DNA of 64,000 bases, taken from the IMG/VR virus record IMGVR_UViG_2880412407_000002; one strand, 5' to 3'. The first letter of the stretch is position 1; every line of letters begins with the position of its first letter. The notes beneath the pieces are model-generated. The model did no database searches. It had not been told where the DNA came from and was given only the letters and a program-made list of their open reading frames with translations. Origin of the DNA: a virus (Duplodnaviria; Heunggongvirae; Uroviricota; Caudoviricetes). The translations under genes were made by a program, and so were the position numbers. This document shows positions 21,860 to 32,260 of the stretch, one piece after another.

Positions 21860-22261
21860 TCACGCCCGGCGGCTTTTTTGTGCCGCCAGCCACCTAGCAA
21901 TGGTTTCTTCCATTGATTTTTTCTTGTCTTTGATTTCTTGAAGCATTTTTTCTTGGTCTTCCTCAGGAAACGCACTAAAAGCTTGGAGCAGTTCGCGTTG
22001 GCGAGGACCAATTTTCATCGTGTCAGGGGTGAAAATTTGCTCACACTCTTCAGGAGGCAATAAAAACCAATGCAATGGATGCCCTGAAACCTCAACCAGT
22101 TTATCCAAACTTGAGGCTTTAGGTGTAGCCTTACCGCTGACCCATTGTTGAACAGTTTGTTGTGTCACACCAATTCTACGGGCAAGCTCAGCCTGGCTCC
22201 ATCCAGTTTCCTGAAGAAGCTTGCTGATTCTGTACATAGATACTTCTAGGGCGCTCATCAT
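21860..22261 (-). CDS. Prophage repressor, XRE-type HTH (DicA/CI-like), no peptidase domain seen
   Basis: N-terminal HTH ISKLLQETGWSQAELARRIGVTQQTVQQW; divergent from cro-like gene. Confidence 0.75.
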   Translation of the reverse strand: MMSALEVSMYRISKLLQETGWSQAELARRIGVTQQTVQQWVSGKATPKASSLDKLVEVSGHPLHWFLLPPEECEQIFTPDTMKIGPRQRELLQAFSAFPEEDQEKMLQEIKDKKKSMEETIARWLAAQKSRRA

Positions 22262-22299
22262 TATTCAATTTTACAGGTAAATACTGTTAAAAGCACCAC

Positions 22300-22334
22300 A
22301 ATAAAAAACTGTTGATTGCATACAGTTTTTTATT
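22300..22334. promoter_or_regulatory. 13-bp inverted repeat in the repressor/cro intergenic region, candidate operator
   Basis: aataaaaaactgt tgattgcat acagttttttatt; shares ACTGT/ACAGT arms with 21264..21300. Confidence 0.45.
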
Positions 22335-22369
22335 GTAGGCTTTGCTTATAGTTTTTAGAGGAGGGCAAA

Positions 22370-22642
22370 ATGCTAGATAGCACTCGCGAAAAAATTAGGC
22401 AGAAATACACTCAGGCTGAAATAGGTCGTTATATGGGGGTCGCTCAACAGACTGTTTGGCAATGGTTTAGCTTTGGCGTTCCCCCAAAGCAGGTAATTCC
22501 GTTATGCCAACTAATGAAGTGGGAAGTTACCCCGCATGAAATCCGCCCAGATATTTATCCTAACCCAACCGACGGTTTACCTGTTGGATGTAAGGTTAAC
22601 ACATCAAATGCGCCGGAGTTGATTCATGAAAATCAAGCATGA
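22370..22642 (+). CDS. Cro/YdaS-like HTH protein
   Basis: 90 aa; EIGRYMGVAQQTVWQWF; divergent from repressor. Confidence 0.6.
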   Translation: MLDSTREKIRQKYTQAEIGRYMGVAQQTVWQWFSFGVPPKQVIPLCQLMKWEVTPHEIRPDIYPNPTDGLPVGCKVNTSNAPELIHENQA

Positions 22643-23051
22643 ACACATCCGCATGGCGATGAATGCCTGGGCGCATCCGGACGGCGAAAAAGTACCGGCT
22701 GCGAAAATTACCAAAGCGTATTTCGAGCTGGGAATGACGTTCCCGGAACTGTATGACGACAGCCATCCGGAAGCCATGGCTCGCAATACTCAGAAAATTT
22801 TCCGCTGGGTGGAGAAAGACACTCCTGATGCGGTTAAAAAAATTCAGGCGTTGTTACCAGCGATCGAAAAAGCGATGCCGCCTCCGCTGGTGGCCCGAAT
22901 GCGCAGCCACAGTTCCGCTTATTTTCGGGAGTTGGTAGAGACGAAGGAACGGCTGGTGAAAGATATTGATGATTTCGTTGCATCAGCGATCGTTCTGTTC
23001 GATCAGATGAATCGTGGTGGCCCGGCAGGAAACACTCTGGCTGTGCATTAA
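22626..23051 (+). CDS. YdaT-like protein
   Basis: 141 aa; follows the cro-like gene as in Rac. Confidence 0.45.
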   Translation: MKIKHEHIRMAMNAWAHPDGEKVPAAKITKAYFELGMTFPELYDDSHPEAMARNTQKIFRWVEKDTPDAVKKIQALLPAIEKAMPPPLVARMRSHSSAYFRELVETKERLVKDIDDFVASAIVLFDQMNRGGPAGNTLAVH

Positions 23052-23064
23052 TTGGGTAATAAAT

Positions 23065-23574
23065 ATGAGTAATGACAAAAAATTGACACTGAGCGTTTAC
23101 GAAAACAGTCCGCACATCTGGCGTGGCGGTTTATCTGATGTGGAGCTGGCAGAGTGGTTGATACATAAAGCTAATGCGCTGCTCTGGCGTTTGTCAGCCA
23201 GAGAACAGCGCAAGGAAACCAGAATAAAGCTGGCTGATGCAGAAGCGTGTGCCGGGCTTATTGAGGATTATACAAATCTTGGTATTTCTTCAGCAGAGAG
23301 TGATCCCATTCAGCCTCTGAGCAGGGAGTCAATCCAGCACGCTGGTTGTATGGCACATCTTGTAACTGCTCGTCAACATGAGGTGGGTATTGGATCACTT
23401 CCGGTGGGATATTCGCTGATTCCAGAGCTGGTTGAAGCAAGAAAATCAGTTCAGAAAAAGAGAGATGACGCACTTCAATTATTGAGAGAGCACTATGGCG
23501 CGATACCAGAATGCGAACAGCATCGATACCCTGAAGGTTATGAATGGATGCAGTCTCTTTTTGAAGTTCGCTAA
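23065..23574 (+). CDS. YdaU-like protein
   Basis: 169 aa from MSNDKKLTLSVYENSPHIWRGG. Confidence 0.45.
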   Translation: MSNDKKLTLSVYENSPHIWRGGLSDVELAEWLIHKANALLWRLSAREQRKETRIKLADAEACAGLIEDYTNLGISSAESDPIQPLSRESIQHAGCMAHLVTARQHEVGIGSLPVGYSLIPELVEARKSVQKKRDDALQLLREHYGAIPECEQHRYPEGYEWMQSLFEVR

Positions 23575-23791
23575 TCAATATGTCGAGACGAAGGTATGTT
23601 TCGGCGCGCAGCCAGGCTCTGTAATCCGGGAGCATTTCGGGGCTGTTACACCAGCGGTTTGTTGCTGCAACATTTAATACATGAGCCTGATAAAGGCTTT
23701 TCAAAAAATACATGTCGAACCTCCTCTGGTTCTGTCGATTGGGAACCACAGATTATATCCGGAGGAAGGTTCGGCACCAGATGAGGTAGCC

Positions 23792-24916
23792 ATGCGTGAT
23801 TACGCAAAAGTTTCTCCGCGATTCTGGCTGGGAGAAACGGGGAGAGAACTTAGAAAGGCGGGTGCAGAAGCGCAAGTTGTTGCTTTTTACCTGATGACAT
23901 CCCCTCACGCAAATATGCTGGGTTTGTATTACCTGCCAGTTTTATACCTTGCTCATGAAACCGGGCTTGGTCTGGAAGGGGCTTCAAAGGGGCTTAAAAG
24001 GGCTGTTGAAGCTGGTTTTTGTAGCTATGACCATGATGCAGAGATGGTCTGGGTCCATGAAATGGCAGCCTGGCAGGTTGGGGAAACGTTGAAGCCTGGC
24101 GATAACCGTTGTGCAGGTGTCAGGAATGAGTATGCATCATTACCTGAAAACGCTTTTCTGTCAGTGTTTTACGACAGATATAAAACGGATTTCCATCTGG
24201 ATGTGAGGCGGAATAATAGCCGAAATTCGGTAAGGGGCTTCGAAGGGGCTTTTAAGGGGCTTCGAAGCCAAGAACAGGAACTGGAGCAGGAGAAAGAACA
24301 GGAACAGGACAAAAACACTATGGTTCATGGCAAAAAAAACACCACGAACCAGGCAGGGGATGTTCAGACCGTCAATCCTGGTCAGCCAGCAGGCACGACA
24401 CCGGAAGCCGATTCAGCGTATGCGCTGAAAGCCGATTCGGGCGCTGTGCAGCAGGTGATGACCGCAGGGTCGGAGCAATCACACCAACTGCAGCAGCCTG
24501 AAGCCGATTCCGCCATTCAGCGGGAAGCCGATCGGGTAGTCCCGGAAAGCACCGGGCAGTCTGTGGGACGAGTGGATTATCCGGATGTGTTCGAACAGGT
24601 CTGGCGGGAATACCCGTTGCGTGCTGGGGCAAACCCGAAGAAATCCGCTTTCAGTGCCTGGAAGGCCAGATTGCGCGAGGGGGTGCCACCAGAGACCATG
24701 CTGGATGGTGTGAGGCGTTACGCGAGATACCTGGCGGCGACCGGGAAAGCGGGAACGGAATTTGTTCAGCGAGCGACGACGTTTTTTGGGCCGGACCGGA
24801 ATTTTGAAAACCCCTGGTTGCTCCCGGTAAGCGGCACGAACAACCAGCGTTGTGTGAATCATATTTCTGAACCGGATACCGAAATTCCGCCGGGATTCAG
24901 GGGTGATGTGGCATGA
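23792..24916 (+). CDS. Replication initiation protein (start uncertain; ORF opens at 23681)
   Basis: GAGG 5 nt before ATG at 23792; immediately precedes the DnaC-like loader. Confidence 0.55.
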   Translation: MRDYAKVSPRFWLGETGRELRKAGAEAQVVAFYLMTSPHANMLGLYYLPVLYLAHETGLGLEGASKGLKRAVEAGFCSYDHDAEMVWVHEMAAWQVGETLKPGDNRCAGVRNEYASLPENAFLSVFYDRYKTDFHLDVRRNNSRNSVRGFEGAFKGLRSQEQELEQEKEQEQDKNTMVHGKKNTTNQAGDVQTVNPGQPAGTTPEADSAYALKADSGAVQQVMTAGSEQSHQLQQPEADSAIQREADRVVPESTGQSVGRVDYPDVFEQVWREYPLRAGANPKKSAFSAWKARLREGVPPETMLDGVRRYARYLAATGKAGTEFVQRATTFFGPDRNFENPWLLPVSGTNNQRCVNHISEPDTEIPPGFRGDVA

Positions 24917-25653
24917 AAAACATTGCGGCAGCCGGGGTTCTTGAACGTATTCGCAGACTTGCACCACAGGCGTCGGTTCCACCGTACCGGACGGTGGAGG
25001 AGTGGCGGGAATGGCAACTTGCTGAAGGACGAAAACGCAGCGAGGAGATTAACCGCCAGAATCACCAGTTGCGGGTGGAAAAAATCCTGAATCGTTCGGG
25101 CATCCAGCCTCTGCACAGCAAATGCTCGTTTGCGAATTATCAGGTGCAGAACGACGGGCAAAAATACGCGCTGAGCCAGGCCAAATCCATAGCTGACGAA
25201 CTGATGACCGGGTGCACGAATTTTGTGTTCAGCGGTAAAACCGGCACCGGGAAAAATCACCTTGCAGCGGCGATGGGTAACCGGCTGATGGCGAAGGGGC
25301 GCAGCGTGATTATCGTCACCGTGTCTGATGTCATGAGCGTGTTGCATGACAGCTACGACAACGGCAAATCCGGGGAAAAATTTTTACAGGAGCTTTGCAG
25401 TGTTGATTTGCTGGTCCTGGATGAAATAGGCGTTCAGCGGGAGACGAAAAACGAGCAGGTGGTATTACACCAGATAATTGATCGCCGGACAGCATCACTG
25501 TGCAGTGTCGGGATGTTAACAAACCTGAATCATGCCGCAATGAGTACACTTCTTGGTGAGAGGATTATGGACCGCATGACCATGAACGGTGGTCGATGGG
25601 TGACGTTTAACTGGGATAGCTGGCGGTCAAACGTTGGACGTCAGGGTATGTGA
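24913..25653 (+). CDS. DnaC-like helicase loader ATPase
   Basis: Walker A FSGKTGTGKNHLAAA, Walker B LLVLDEIG. Confidence 0.85.
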   Translation: MKNIAAAGVLERIRRLAPQASVPPYRTVEEWREWQLAEGRKRSEEINRQNHQLRVEKILNRSGIQPLHSKCSFANYQVQNDGQKYALSQAKSIADELMTGCTNFVFSGKTGTGKNHLAAAMGNRLMAKGRSVIIVTVSDVMSVLHDSYDNGKSGEKFLQELCSVDLLVLDEIGVQRETKNEQVVLHQIIDRRTASLCSVGMLTNLNHAAMSTLLGERIMDRMTMNGGRWVTFNWDSWRSNVGRQGM

Positions 25654-25678
25654 GAATTTTTGACGAGGTAAATTTTCG

Positions 25679-26449
25679 ATGGAAACTGTATTGCATGCAC
25701 TGAAAGCGATGGGAAAAGCCAATTCTGTTGAACTGGCGGCGCGGCTTGATATCAGCCGTGAAGAAGTTCTTAACGAACTGTGGGAACTCAAAAAAAATGG
25801 CGTTGTTGATAAAACGGGTCACACCTGGTTTCTGGCTGGCGAAGGTGAATCCCGGGTAACCGAAGAGCGGCCAGTAAAATCTGAAGCACAGGATATGCTG
25901 ACCGGGGAGGTCGAACAAAAAGTTACCGCAGACATGATGATTGAGTTTATCGGTCAGGATGGGGCTAAAACGTGTGAGGAACTGGCGGGTAAGTTCGGTG
26001 TCAGTACTCGCAAGGTTGCTTCCACGCTGGCGGTGGTAACCGCAACGGGGCGGCTGGCACGCGTTAATCAGAACGGTAAATTTCGTTACTGCATGCCGGG
26101 CGATAATTTACCAGCAGAGCCGAAAGCCGCGCTGGTAACGGAAAGTGATGGTAAGGCCTTTCCTCAGCCAGCAGGTGCTGCGTTACCAGTCCGGGAAGCC
26201 GCAACACAGGAAGAAATTAAAACAGAAACTGTGGCGGACATTGTGCAGCCGTTGCCATCGTTTACCGAAACGCAAGCAGATGAGCTGATTTTTCCGTCCC
26301 TTCGCAGGGCAAACCTGGCGCTGCGCAGGGCGAAAAGTGATGTTCAGAAGTGGGAGCGAGTCTGCGCCGCGCTGCGGGAGCTGAACAAGCACCGGGATAT
26401 TGTTCGACAGATTACTGATTCTTCCCGCCGTGTTGTATCGGAAAAGTGA
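25679..26449 (+). CDS. Hypothetical protein (DUF1627-like)
   Basis: 256 aa ORF. Confidence 0.45.
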   Translation: METVLHALKAMGKANSVELAARLDISREEVLNELWELKKNGVVDKTGHTWFLAGEGESRVTEERPVKSEAQDMLTGEVEQKVTADMMIEFIGQDGAKTCEELAGKFGVSTRKVASTLAVVTATGRLARVNQNGKFRYCMPGDNLPAEPKAALVTESDGKAFPQPAGAALPVREAATQEEIKTETVADIVQPLPSFTETQADELIFPSLRRANLALRRAKSDVQKWERVCAALRELNKHRDIVRQITDSSRRVVSEK

Positions 26450-26464
26450 TTGCCGGAGGCGCTT

Positions 26465-26878
26465 ATGGCAAAAGTATTTACACAGGAAGAGCGGGAAAAA
26501 ATTAAAGGGCAGGTTGTTGAGCTAGTACGCCGGAGTGGGCGCGAGACGTTACGGCAACTGGAAGCCAAGACAGGTGCGACAAGATATCTGATGAGCGTTC
26601 TTGCCAGAGAGCTGGTTGCCAGTGGCGATGTATACAACTCTGGTTACGGGTTATTCCCATCTGAACAGGCTCGTAAGGACTGGCAAAACGCCCGCAAAAA
26701 ACTATCGAGGGCAAAACTGAAGAAACCGGTTGTGGTTGATCCTGACCTTATCTGGTCATTACCAGACGGAGAAATACGCCGCTATGACAGGCAATTGAAC
26801 ATAATTTGTAGTGAGTGCCGTAACAGTGAAGTGATGCAGCGAGTTTTGATATTTTACACAGGAGTAATGATGGAATAG
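26465..26878 (+). CDS. Hypothetical protein
   Basis: 137 aa from MAKVFTQEEREKIKG. Confidence 0.4.
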   Translation: MAKVFTQEEREKIKGQVVELVRRSGRETLRQLEAKTGATRYLMSVLARELVASGDVYNSGYGLFPSEQARKDWQNARKKLSRAKLKKPVVVDPDLIWSLPDGEIRRYDRQLNIICSECRNSEVMQRVLIFYTGVMME

Positions 26879-27229
26879 TGAAAATAACATGAAACCTTTG
26901 GATTCTGGTGTTTCAGTGGATGGGAAAAGAGCAGATACATAGAAAATGAATAGCAATAATTCACAGTCTGGATGTTGTTTGTATGCTTATAAAATGATCC
27001 TAGTATGCATTGCCGGAGTTGAATCAGCTCCAATGAAGAAACTGAGAGGAGTATTTAGAAGATAGCTAAATGGATGTAATTATTAGTATCTAAAAAATAG
27101 TATTTTTGAAATGGGTCTAAGAACACAACAATGTACAAATGAGAAGTTATCTTTTAATATGTTCAAAGACCCATTAGGATTGATATCAGTTATGTTAGCT
27201 AGATTGATAAAGTGATTACATATTTTCTG

Positions 27230-28003
27230 TTATATGCTGAAATGAATAATGCTATTCCAGAGTGCAGCAGAGAAAGTCTCCTGATGATTGAGCTCTGGAA
27301 ATTGTACAATAGAAAAATTACTGTATTTTTCTGTCAAAATATTTCTCAAAACAGATTCCGCTTTGATGGCTTCAGGATATAAAGATGCGGAGTAATCAAG
27401 GCTAAGATTTCCGTTAAGCAAGCATATACTTTTAGTGTGCTTTGATTCTGATATATCATCTTTAATTATCTTGATGATTCTTTCATTCTGCCATAGAAGT
27501 GATGGTGCAGATATATAATAATAGTTAAAGCATGAATTATTTTTTAAGCAATCAAGCACAAAAATAGCACCTAGCGAGTGCCCACATATACCGATTCTGG
27601 AACTGTTCGGAGCAATAGTACTAACCCATGGCATGATCTGAGTTAGTAATAATTCTCGGAAAGACTGGCTTCCTCCACCAGTAAAGTAGATCCATGCTGG
27701 TTTAGAGTTATCAACAATAGCATTTTCACCATCAGGAGTATAATCGTAAGCACGGCGATGAATGCTAAGGTTATTCCAAGATTCATAACCAAGTGTAACT
27801 AACACTGGTGGATTGGGTAGTGCATCAATAACAGGCAGAATATCAGAAATGTAATTGTTGGCACTATTCCCATCAAGTATATAAAGAGTTGCATTATTTT
27901 TTTTAATGTTTTTTGGAGTAAAAATACATATTTTATATTTGGTGTCATGGTTAATTGAGTTAAATATGCGTGTTTGACAATGAATGTCCATATGTTTAGT
28001 CAT
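27230..28003 (-). CDS. Alpha/beta-hydrolase esterase (enterochelin-esterase-like family)
   Basis: 257 aa; nucleophile elbow GHSLG (ICGHSLGAIF); strongly AT-rich gene and flanks. Confidence 0.65.
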   Translation of the reverse strand: MTKHMDIHCQTRIFNSINHDTKYKICIFTPKNIKKNNATLYILDGNSANNYISDILPVIDALPNPPVLVTLGYESWNNLSIHRRAYDYTPDGENAIVDNSKPAWIYFTGGGSQSFRELLLTQIMPWVSTIAPNSSRIGICGHSLGAIFVLDCLKNNSCFNYYYISAPSLLWQNERIIKIIKDDISESKHTKSICLLNGNLSLDYSASLYPEAIKAESVLRNILTEKYSNFSIVQFPELNHQETFSAALWNSIIHFSI

Positions 28004-28607
28004 GCGTTCTCCCCATGAGCATTAAAGGATGCTTAAGATATGCTATGTCACTGATAAAAAATTTGTTGTGTGTGTTTAGTTATTTTATCTACCTCCATTA
28101 TGATTTAAGACTGATATATGTTATCAGCAAAGGTACATCGTTATTATTTTACCTGTCAATACATTTGATATTGATTATCGTTTACATCGCTTGCTTAGGA
28201 AATTGAAGGCAGGTAACTATCATGTCAATGAACTAACCCACAGTCTAACGTACTTCTTTCCCCAATCACCAACAACCAAATTCCTGTTATCACCACTGGG
28301 ATTTTGGCGCAACTTCATGGTGCAGAGGTAAATAGCATCAAGCAAAATCTCTTTTTCCGTTGTTGTCCTTATGGGACGTCTGTCTTTCTGACCGATTTCA
28401 TATTGGCGAGGTAATGGGAAGTTAAGTAGAATAGCTGCGGGTGCTTGAGGCTATCTGCCTCGGGCATGAACACCAACGGCAGATAGAGAAAAGCCCCAGT
28501 TAACATTACGCGTCCTGCAAGACGCTTAACATTAATCTGAGGCTCAATCTATGAACGGCAAATCTAGGTTAGCCTCTTACGTGCCGAAAGGCAAGGAGAA
28601 GCAGGCT

Positions 28608-28763
28608 ATGAAGCAGCAAAAGGCGATGTTAATCGCCCTGATCGTCATCTGTTTAACCGTCATAGTGACGGCACTGGTAACGAGGAAAGACCTCTGCGAG
28701 GTACGAGTCCGAACCGGCCAGACGGAGGTCGCTGTCTTCACAGCTTACGAACCTGAGGAGTAA
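28608..28763 (+). CDS. hokD: Hok/Gef-family type I toxin (HokD/RelF-like); an in-frame upstream start exists at 28551
   Basis: MKQQKAMLIALIVICLTVIVTALVTRKDLCEVRVRTGQTEVAVFTAYEPEE. Confidence 0.8.
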   Translation: MKQQKAMLIALIVICLTVIVTALVTRKDLCEVRVRTGQTEVAVFTAYEPEE

Positions 28764-28930
28764 GAGACCTGGCGGGGGAGAAATCCCTCGCCACCTCTGA
28801 TGAATCAGGCATCCTCAACGCACCCGCACTTAACCCGCTTCGGCGGGTTTTGTTTTTTCCTGGCATTCTGGTTTACAATTCGCACGCCAGCCTGAACAAC
28901 TGGCACCTGCTGCGCCAGCAGAGACAACCG

Positions 28931-29209
28931 ATGGCGCACGATACCAAATTATACAATTCTGATGATTCTGCCGTCTTTGCCAGCAGGCGCGGACGGTGTT
29001 TTCACGCATTCAAATCTGACTGGTACCAGCATCCCCCATGCACTGAAGAACAGGCCGAATGGCTCATTCAGTGTTACCGCAGGCGCGGATGCGAGGTTAA
29101 AAAAGCCCTTAGCCTCGACTACCGTCACTGGATAATCTCCGTCAGGCTCCCTTACTCCGAACAGCCACCGCGTCCGTCCCGCACATTCCAGCAACGGATC
29201 TGGAGGTAA
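28931..29209 (+). CDS. Hypothetical phage protein
   Basis: ORF from internal Met MAHDTKLYNSDD. Confidence 0.35.
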   Translation: MAHDTKLYNSDDSAVFASRRGRCFHAFKSDWYQHPPCTEEQAEWLIQCYRRRGCEVKKALSLDYRHWIISVRLPYSEQPPRPSRTFQQRIWR

Positions 29210-29283
29210 TGTGCGGGTATTACTTCGACCTGTTCTGGTACCGGAACTCGGTCTGGTTATCGTTAAGCCAGGCCGTGAATCCA

Positions 29284-30259
29284 TGCGGGTATTTCATGGC
29301 GGCAGGGTGCTGGTGGAGTCTGAACCGAAAAGCATGCGTAATCTGCCGTCCGGGGTCGTTCCTGCCGTTCGCCAGCCGCTGGCGGAAGATAAATCATTAC
29401 TGCCATTTTTCAGCAATGAGCGTGTGATTCGTGCTGCTGGTGGCGCTGGTGCACTGTCTGACTGGTTATTACGTCACGTTAAATCCTGCCAGTGGCCTCA
29501 TGGTGATTATCATCACAGCGAAACTGTCATACATCGTTACGGTACCGGCGCGATGGTGTTGTGCTGGCACTGCGACAACCAGCTGCGCGACCAGACATCC
29601 GAATCACTTGAGCAACTTGCTCAACAAAACCTGTCAGCATGGATGATTGACGTCATCCGCCACGCAATGAATGGCATACAGGAACGGGAATTATCGCTGG
29701 CTGAATTATCCTGGTGGGCAGTCTGCAATCAGGTGGTGGACGCATTACCTGAGGCAGTATCGCGTCGTTCTCTGGGATTACCGGCGGAAAAAATCCGCTC
29801 CGTATACCGTGAAAGCGACATCATACCGGGAGAACAGACCGCCACCAGCATACTGAAGCAGCGCACAAAAATATTGCGCTACCGCCTCACACCCACCAGC
29901 AACAGAACCCACCACAGGAAAAGACGGTGGTCAGCATTGCCGTTGATCCGGAGTCTCCGGAATCCTTCATGAAACGACCTAAACGTCGCCGCTGGGTAAA
30001 TGAGAAATACACACGCTGGGTAAAGACACAGCCGTGTGCGTGTTGTGGTAAGCCAGCGGACGATCCTCATCATCTGATTGGTCATGGTCAGGGTGGAATG
30101 GGAACAAAATCCCACGATATTTTCACGCTACCGCTGTGTCGGGAGCATCACAACGAGCTTCATGCGGATCCGCTGGCGTTCGAAGAAAAGCATGGTTCCC
30201 AGGTTGATTTAATTTTTCGTTTTCTTGATCACGCTTTTGCAACCGGCGTGCTCGGGTAA
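29284..30259 (+). pseudogene. DUF968 (YdfU-like) protein, apparently split into two frames near 29900-29930
   Basis: ORFs 29211..29972 and 29927..30259; second part has CxxC...HH zinc-binding-like motif; may be two genes. Confidence 0.45.
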
Positions 30260-30271
30260 AAGAGGTTACTG

Positions 30272-30643
30272 ATGCGTATAGAGTTTGTTTTGCCTTACCC
30301 GCCGACGGTGAACACCTACTGGCGACGTCGTGGCAGCACATATTTTGTATCAAAAGCCGGTGAGCGTTATCGCCGGGCTGTGGCGCTTATTGTTCGCCAG
30401 CAGCGGCTGAAATTAAGCCTGTCCGGACGGCTGGCAATAAAAATTATTGCAGAACCACCGGATAAGCGCCGCCGTGACCTGGACAACATTCTGAAAGCAC
30501 CGCTGGATGCGCTGACGCATGCGGAAGTGCTCATTGATGACGAGCAGTTTGATGAAATCAATATTGTGCGCGGTCAGCCTGTGCCAGGTGGACGGCTGGG
30601 CGTGAAGATTTACGAAATCAGAGGTGGTAACGATGGCGCGTGA
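30272..30643 (+). CDS. rusA: Holliday junction resolvase RusA
   Basis: [21 protein letters not shown]...[14 protein letters not shown]. Confidence 0.85.
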   Translation: MRIEFVLPYPPTVNTYWRRRGSTYFVSKAGERYRRAVALIVRQQRLKLSLSGRLAIKIIAEPPDKRRRDLDNILKAPLDALTHAEVLIDDEQFDEINIVRGQPVPGGRLGVKIYEIRGGNDGA

Positions 30644-31004
30644 TATCCAGATGGTTCTTGAGCGATGGGGGGCATGGGCAGCAAATAATCATGAAGATGT
30701 AACATGGCCCTCGATAGCTGCTGGTTTTAAAGGATTAATCCCGACTAAAGTGAAATCACGTCCTCAGTGTTCTGATGATGACGCCATGATAATTTGTGGT
30801 TGTATGGCACGATTAAACAAGAATAATCAGTATTTGCACGATTTGTTGGTGGATTATTACGTAGGTGGAATGACATTTATGGCTCTTGCACGTAAGCATA
30901 GATGTTCTGATGGGCTTATTGGTAAAAGGCTTTATAAAGCGGAAGGTATTATTGAAGGAATGCTTATGGCTCTGAATGTCCGGTTAGATATGGATATGCG
31001 GTAG
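30633..31004 (+). CDS. Late-gene antitermination protein Q-like
   Basis: 123 aa; position after rusA and before the late region. Confidence 0.6.
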   Translation: MARDIQMVLERWGAWAANNHEDVTWPSIAAGFKGLIPTKVKSRPQCSDDDAMIICGCMARLNKNNQYLHDLLVDYYVGGMTFMALARKHRCSDGLIGKRLYKAEGIIEGMLMALNVRLDMDMR

Positions 31005-31155
31005 GGATATATAGTGATGAGGGTTATGTTTTCTATGTTTATAATTAACATGTTTATTTTTTGATGGTCATGTATTGTGGAAGGTAGATAAAATGTTGCC
31101 TGGTGAATTGAAAATATTGATAATCAATCTTCATCATTAAATAAAAGGAGTGCTT

Positions 31156-31974
31156 ATGTGGATTGTGTTAGTACTGTCACTGTCAACTCTCAGTTGGCAT
31201 AAGGTAGTGGCTTTTTCATTGTTGACGGTGTCTGTTGTCCTGGCTGTGCTTAATGATATTATTGATTGGTCGGTGTTATTTTTTGTTGCTACAATCGTTT
31301 TTTTTATTATTTTGAAGTTCAACTGGAAATATAACGCCTGGGCTAAATCTATATATGAAGTTGGCATAGTTTTATCAGCCATAGCATTATCTTTCCATCT
31401 ATGGCCAGGGTTTCACAATCCTGTAGTGCTAAATTCTGTTACTGTTGGCCCTCAGAGTACTCCCTATACAATGTATTTTAATTTTGATAAAGCGCTGGTG
31501 CCATTTTTGTTAGTCCTGTGTACATCTTCTTTGTTTAAAAAAGAAGTAAAATCAGAAGTGTCTTTGTGGAAGTGGGGGGCTCTGTCGCTCTCTGTTCCTC
31601 TTATCCTGTTTTTGGCTGTTTTTTTTGGTGGATTAAAGCCAGAGATTCATTTTCCTGAGTGGTTGCCAGAGTTTATATTGGCTAATTTGTTTTTTGTGTC
31701 TCTGGCAGAGGAATCATTATTTAGAGGGTATATTCAATCACGGCTATCAGAAGTAACGTCTCCATTGGTTGCATTAATTGTGGCGGCTTTGTTGTTTGGT
31801 TTTTATCACTATTCAGGTGGTGCTTTACTTGTATTATTTGCCACGTTATCTGGTGTTGTGTATGGATTGTCATGGATGTGGAGTGGGCGTTTGTGGGTTG
31901 CCACCCTTTTCCATTTTGGTTTGAATCTGTGTCACTTGTTATTCTTTACCTATCCATTTTTAAAACATAATTGA
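31156..31974 (+). CDS. CPBP-family (CAAX protease / Abi) intramembrane metalloprotease
   Basis: Multi-pass membrane protein with EExxxR (AEESLFRGY), FxxxH (FGFYHY) and HFGLN motifs; AT-rich. Confidence 0.75.
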   Translation: MWIVLVLSLSTLSWHKVVAFSLLTVSVVLAVLNDIIDWSVLFFVATIVFFIILKFNWKYNAWAKSIYEVGIVLSAIALSFHLWPGFHNPVVLNSVTVGPQSTPYTMYFNFDKALVPFLLVLCTSSLFKKEVKSEVSLWKWGALSLSVPLILFLAVFFGGLKPEIHFPEWLPEFILANLFFVSLAEESLFRGYIQSRLSEVTSPLVALIVAALLFGFYHYSGGALLVLFATLSGVVYGLSWMWSGRLWVATLFHFGLNLCHLLFFTYPFLKHN

Positions 31975-32260
31975 TTTTTTCTATGGTTTTAAATTTATAA
32001 GACTGAAAAATAGCAGGACGTGACATTTGCATGAAAAATATGCACGGCAAAGCATTTACGTACGTAAAAAATCAGGTATGCTGTTAAGAGTGGTTATTTC
32101 GCCGCATAGCTTGACCCCGCCTCTGAGCGGGTTTTTTGTGCCCGCAAAGTAGCGCAGTGCGTTAAATGTGCTGGTAGTTATTAATACAGGTCTTTCAGCT
32201 TGCTGGCTTTTTCGGCAAGAGTTATTGGTGTGTCACGTTAACCGGAAAGGGTAAAAAGAC

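Noticed and set aside
28015-28206. 63-aa ORF in the AT-rich flank of the esterase
   Set aside because: Extremely AT-rich, hydrophobic low-complexity translation with no ribosome-binding site; likely spurious.
28551-28763. Calling the 70-aa in-frame extension of hok a mok gene
   Set aside because: I cannot confirm from memory whether mok is in the same frame as hok; only the 51-aa Hok core is annotated and the upstream start is noted as a possibility.
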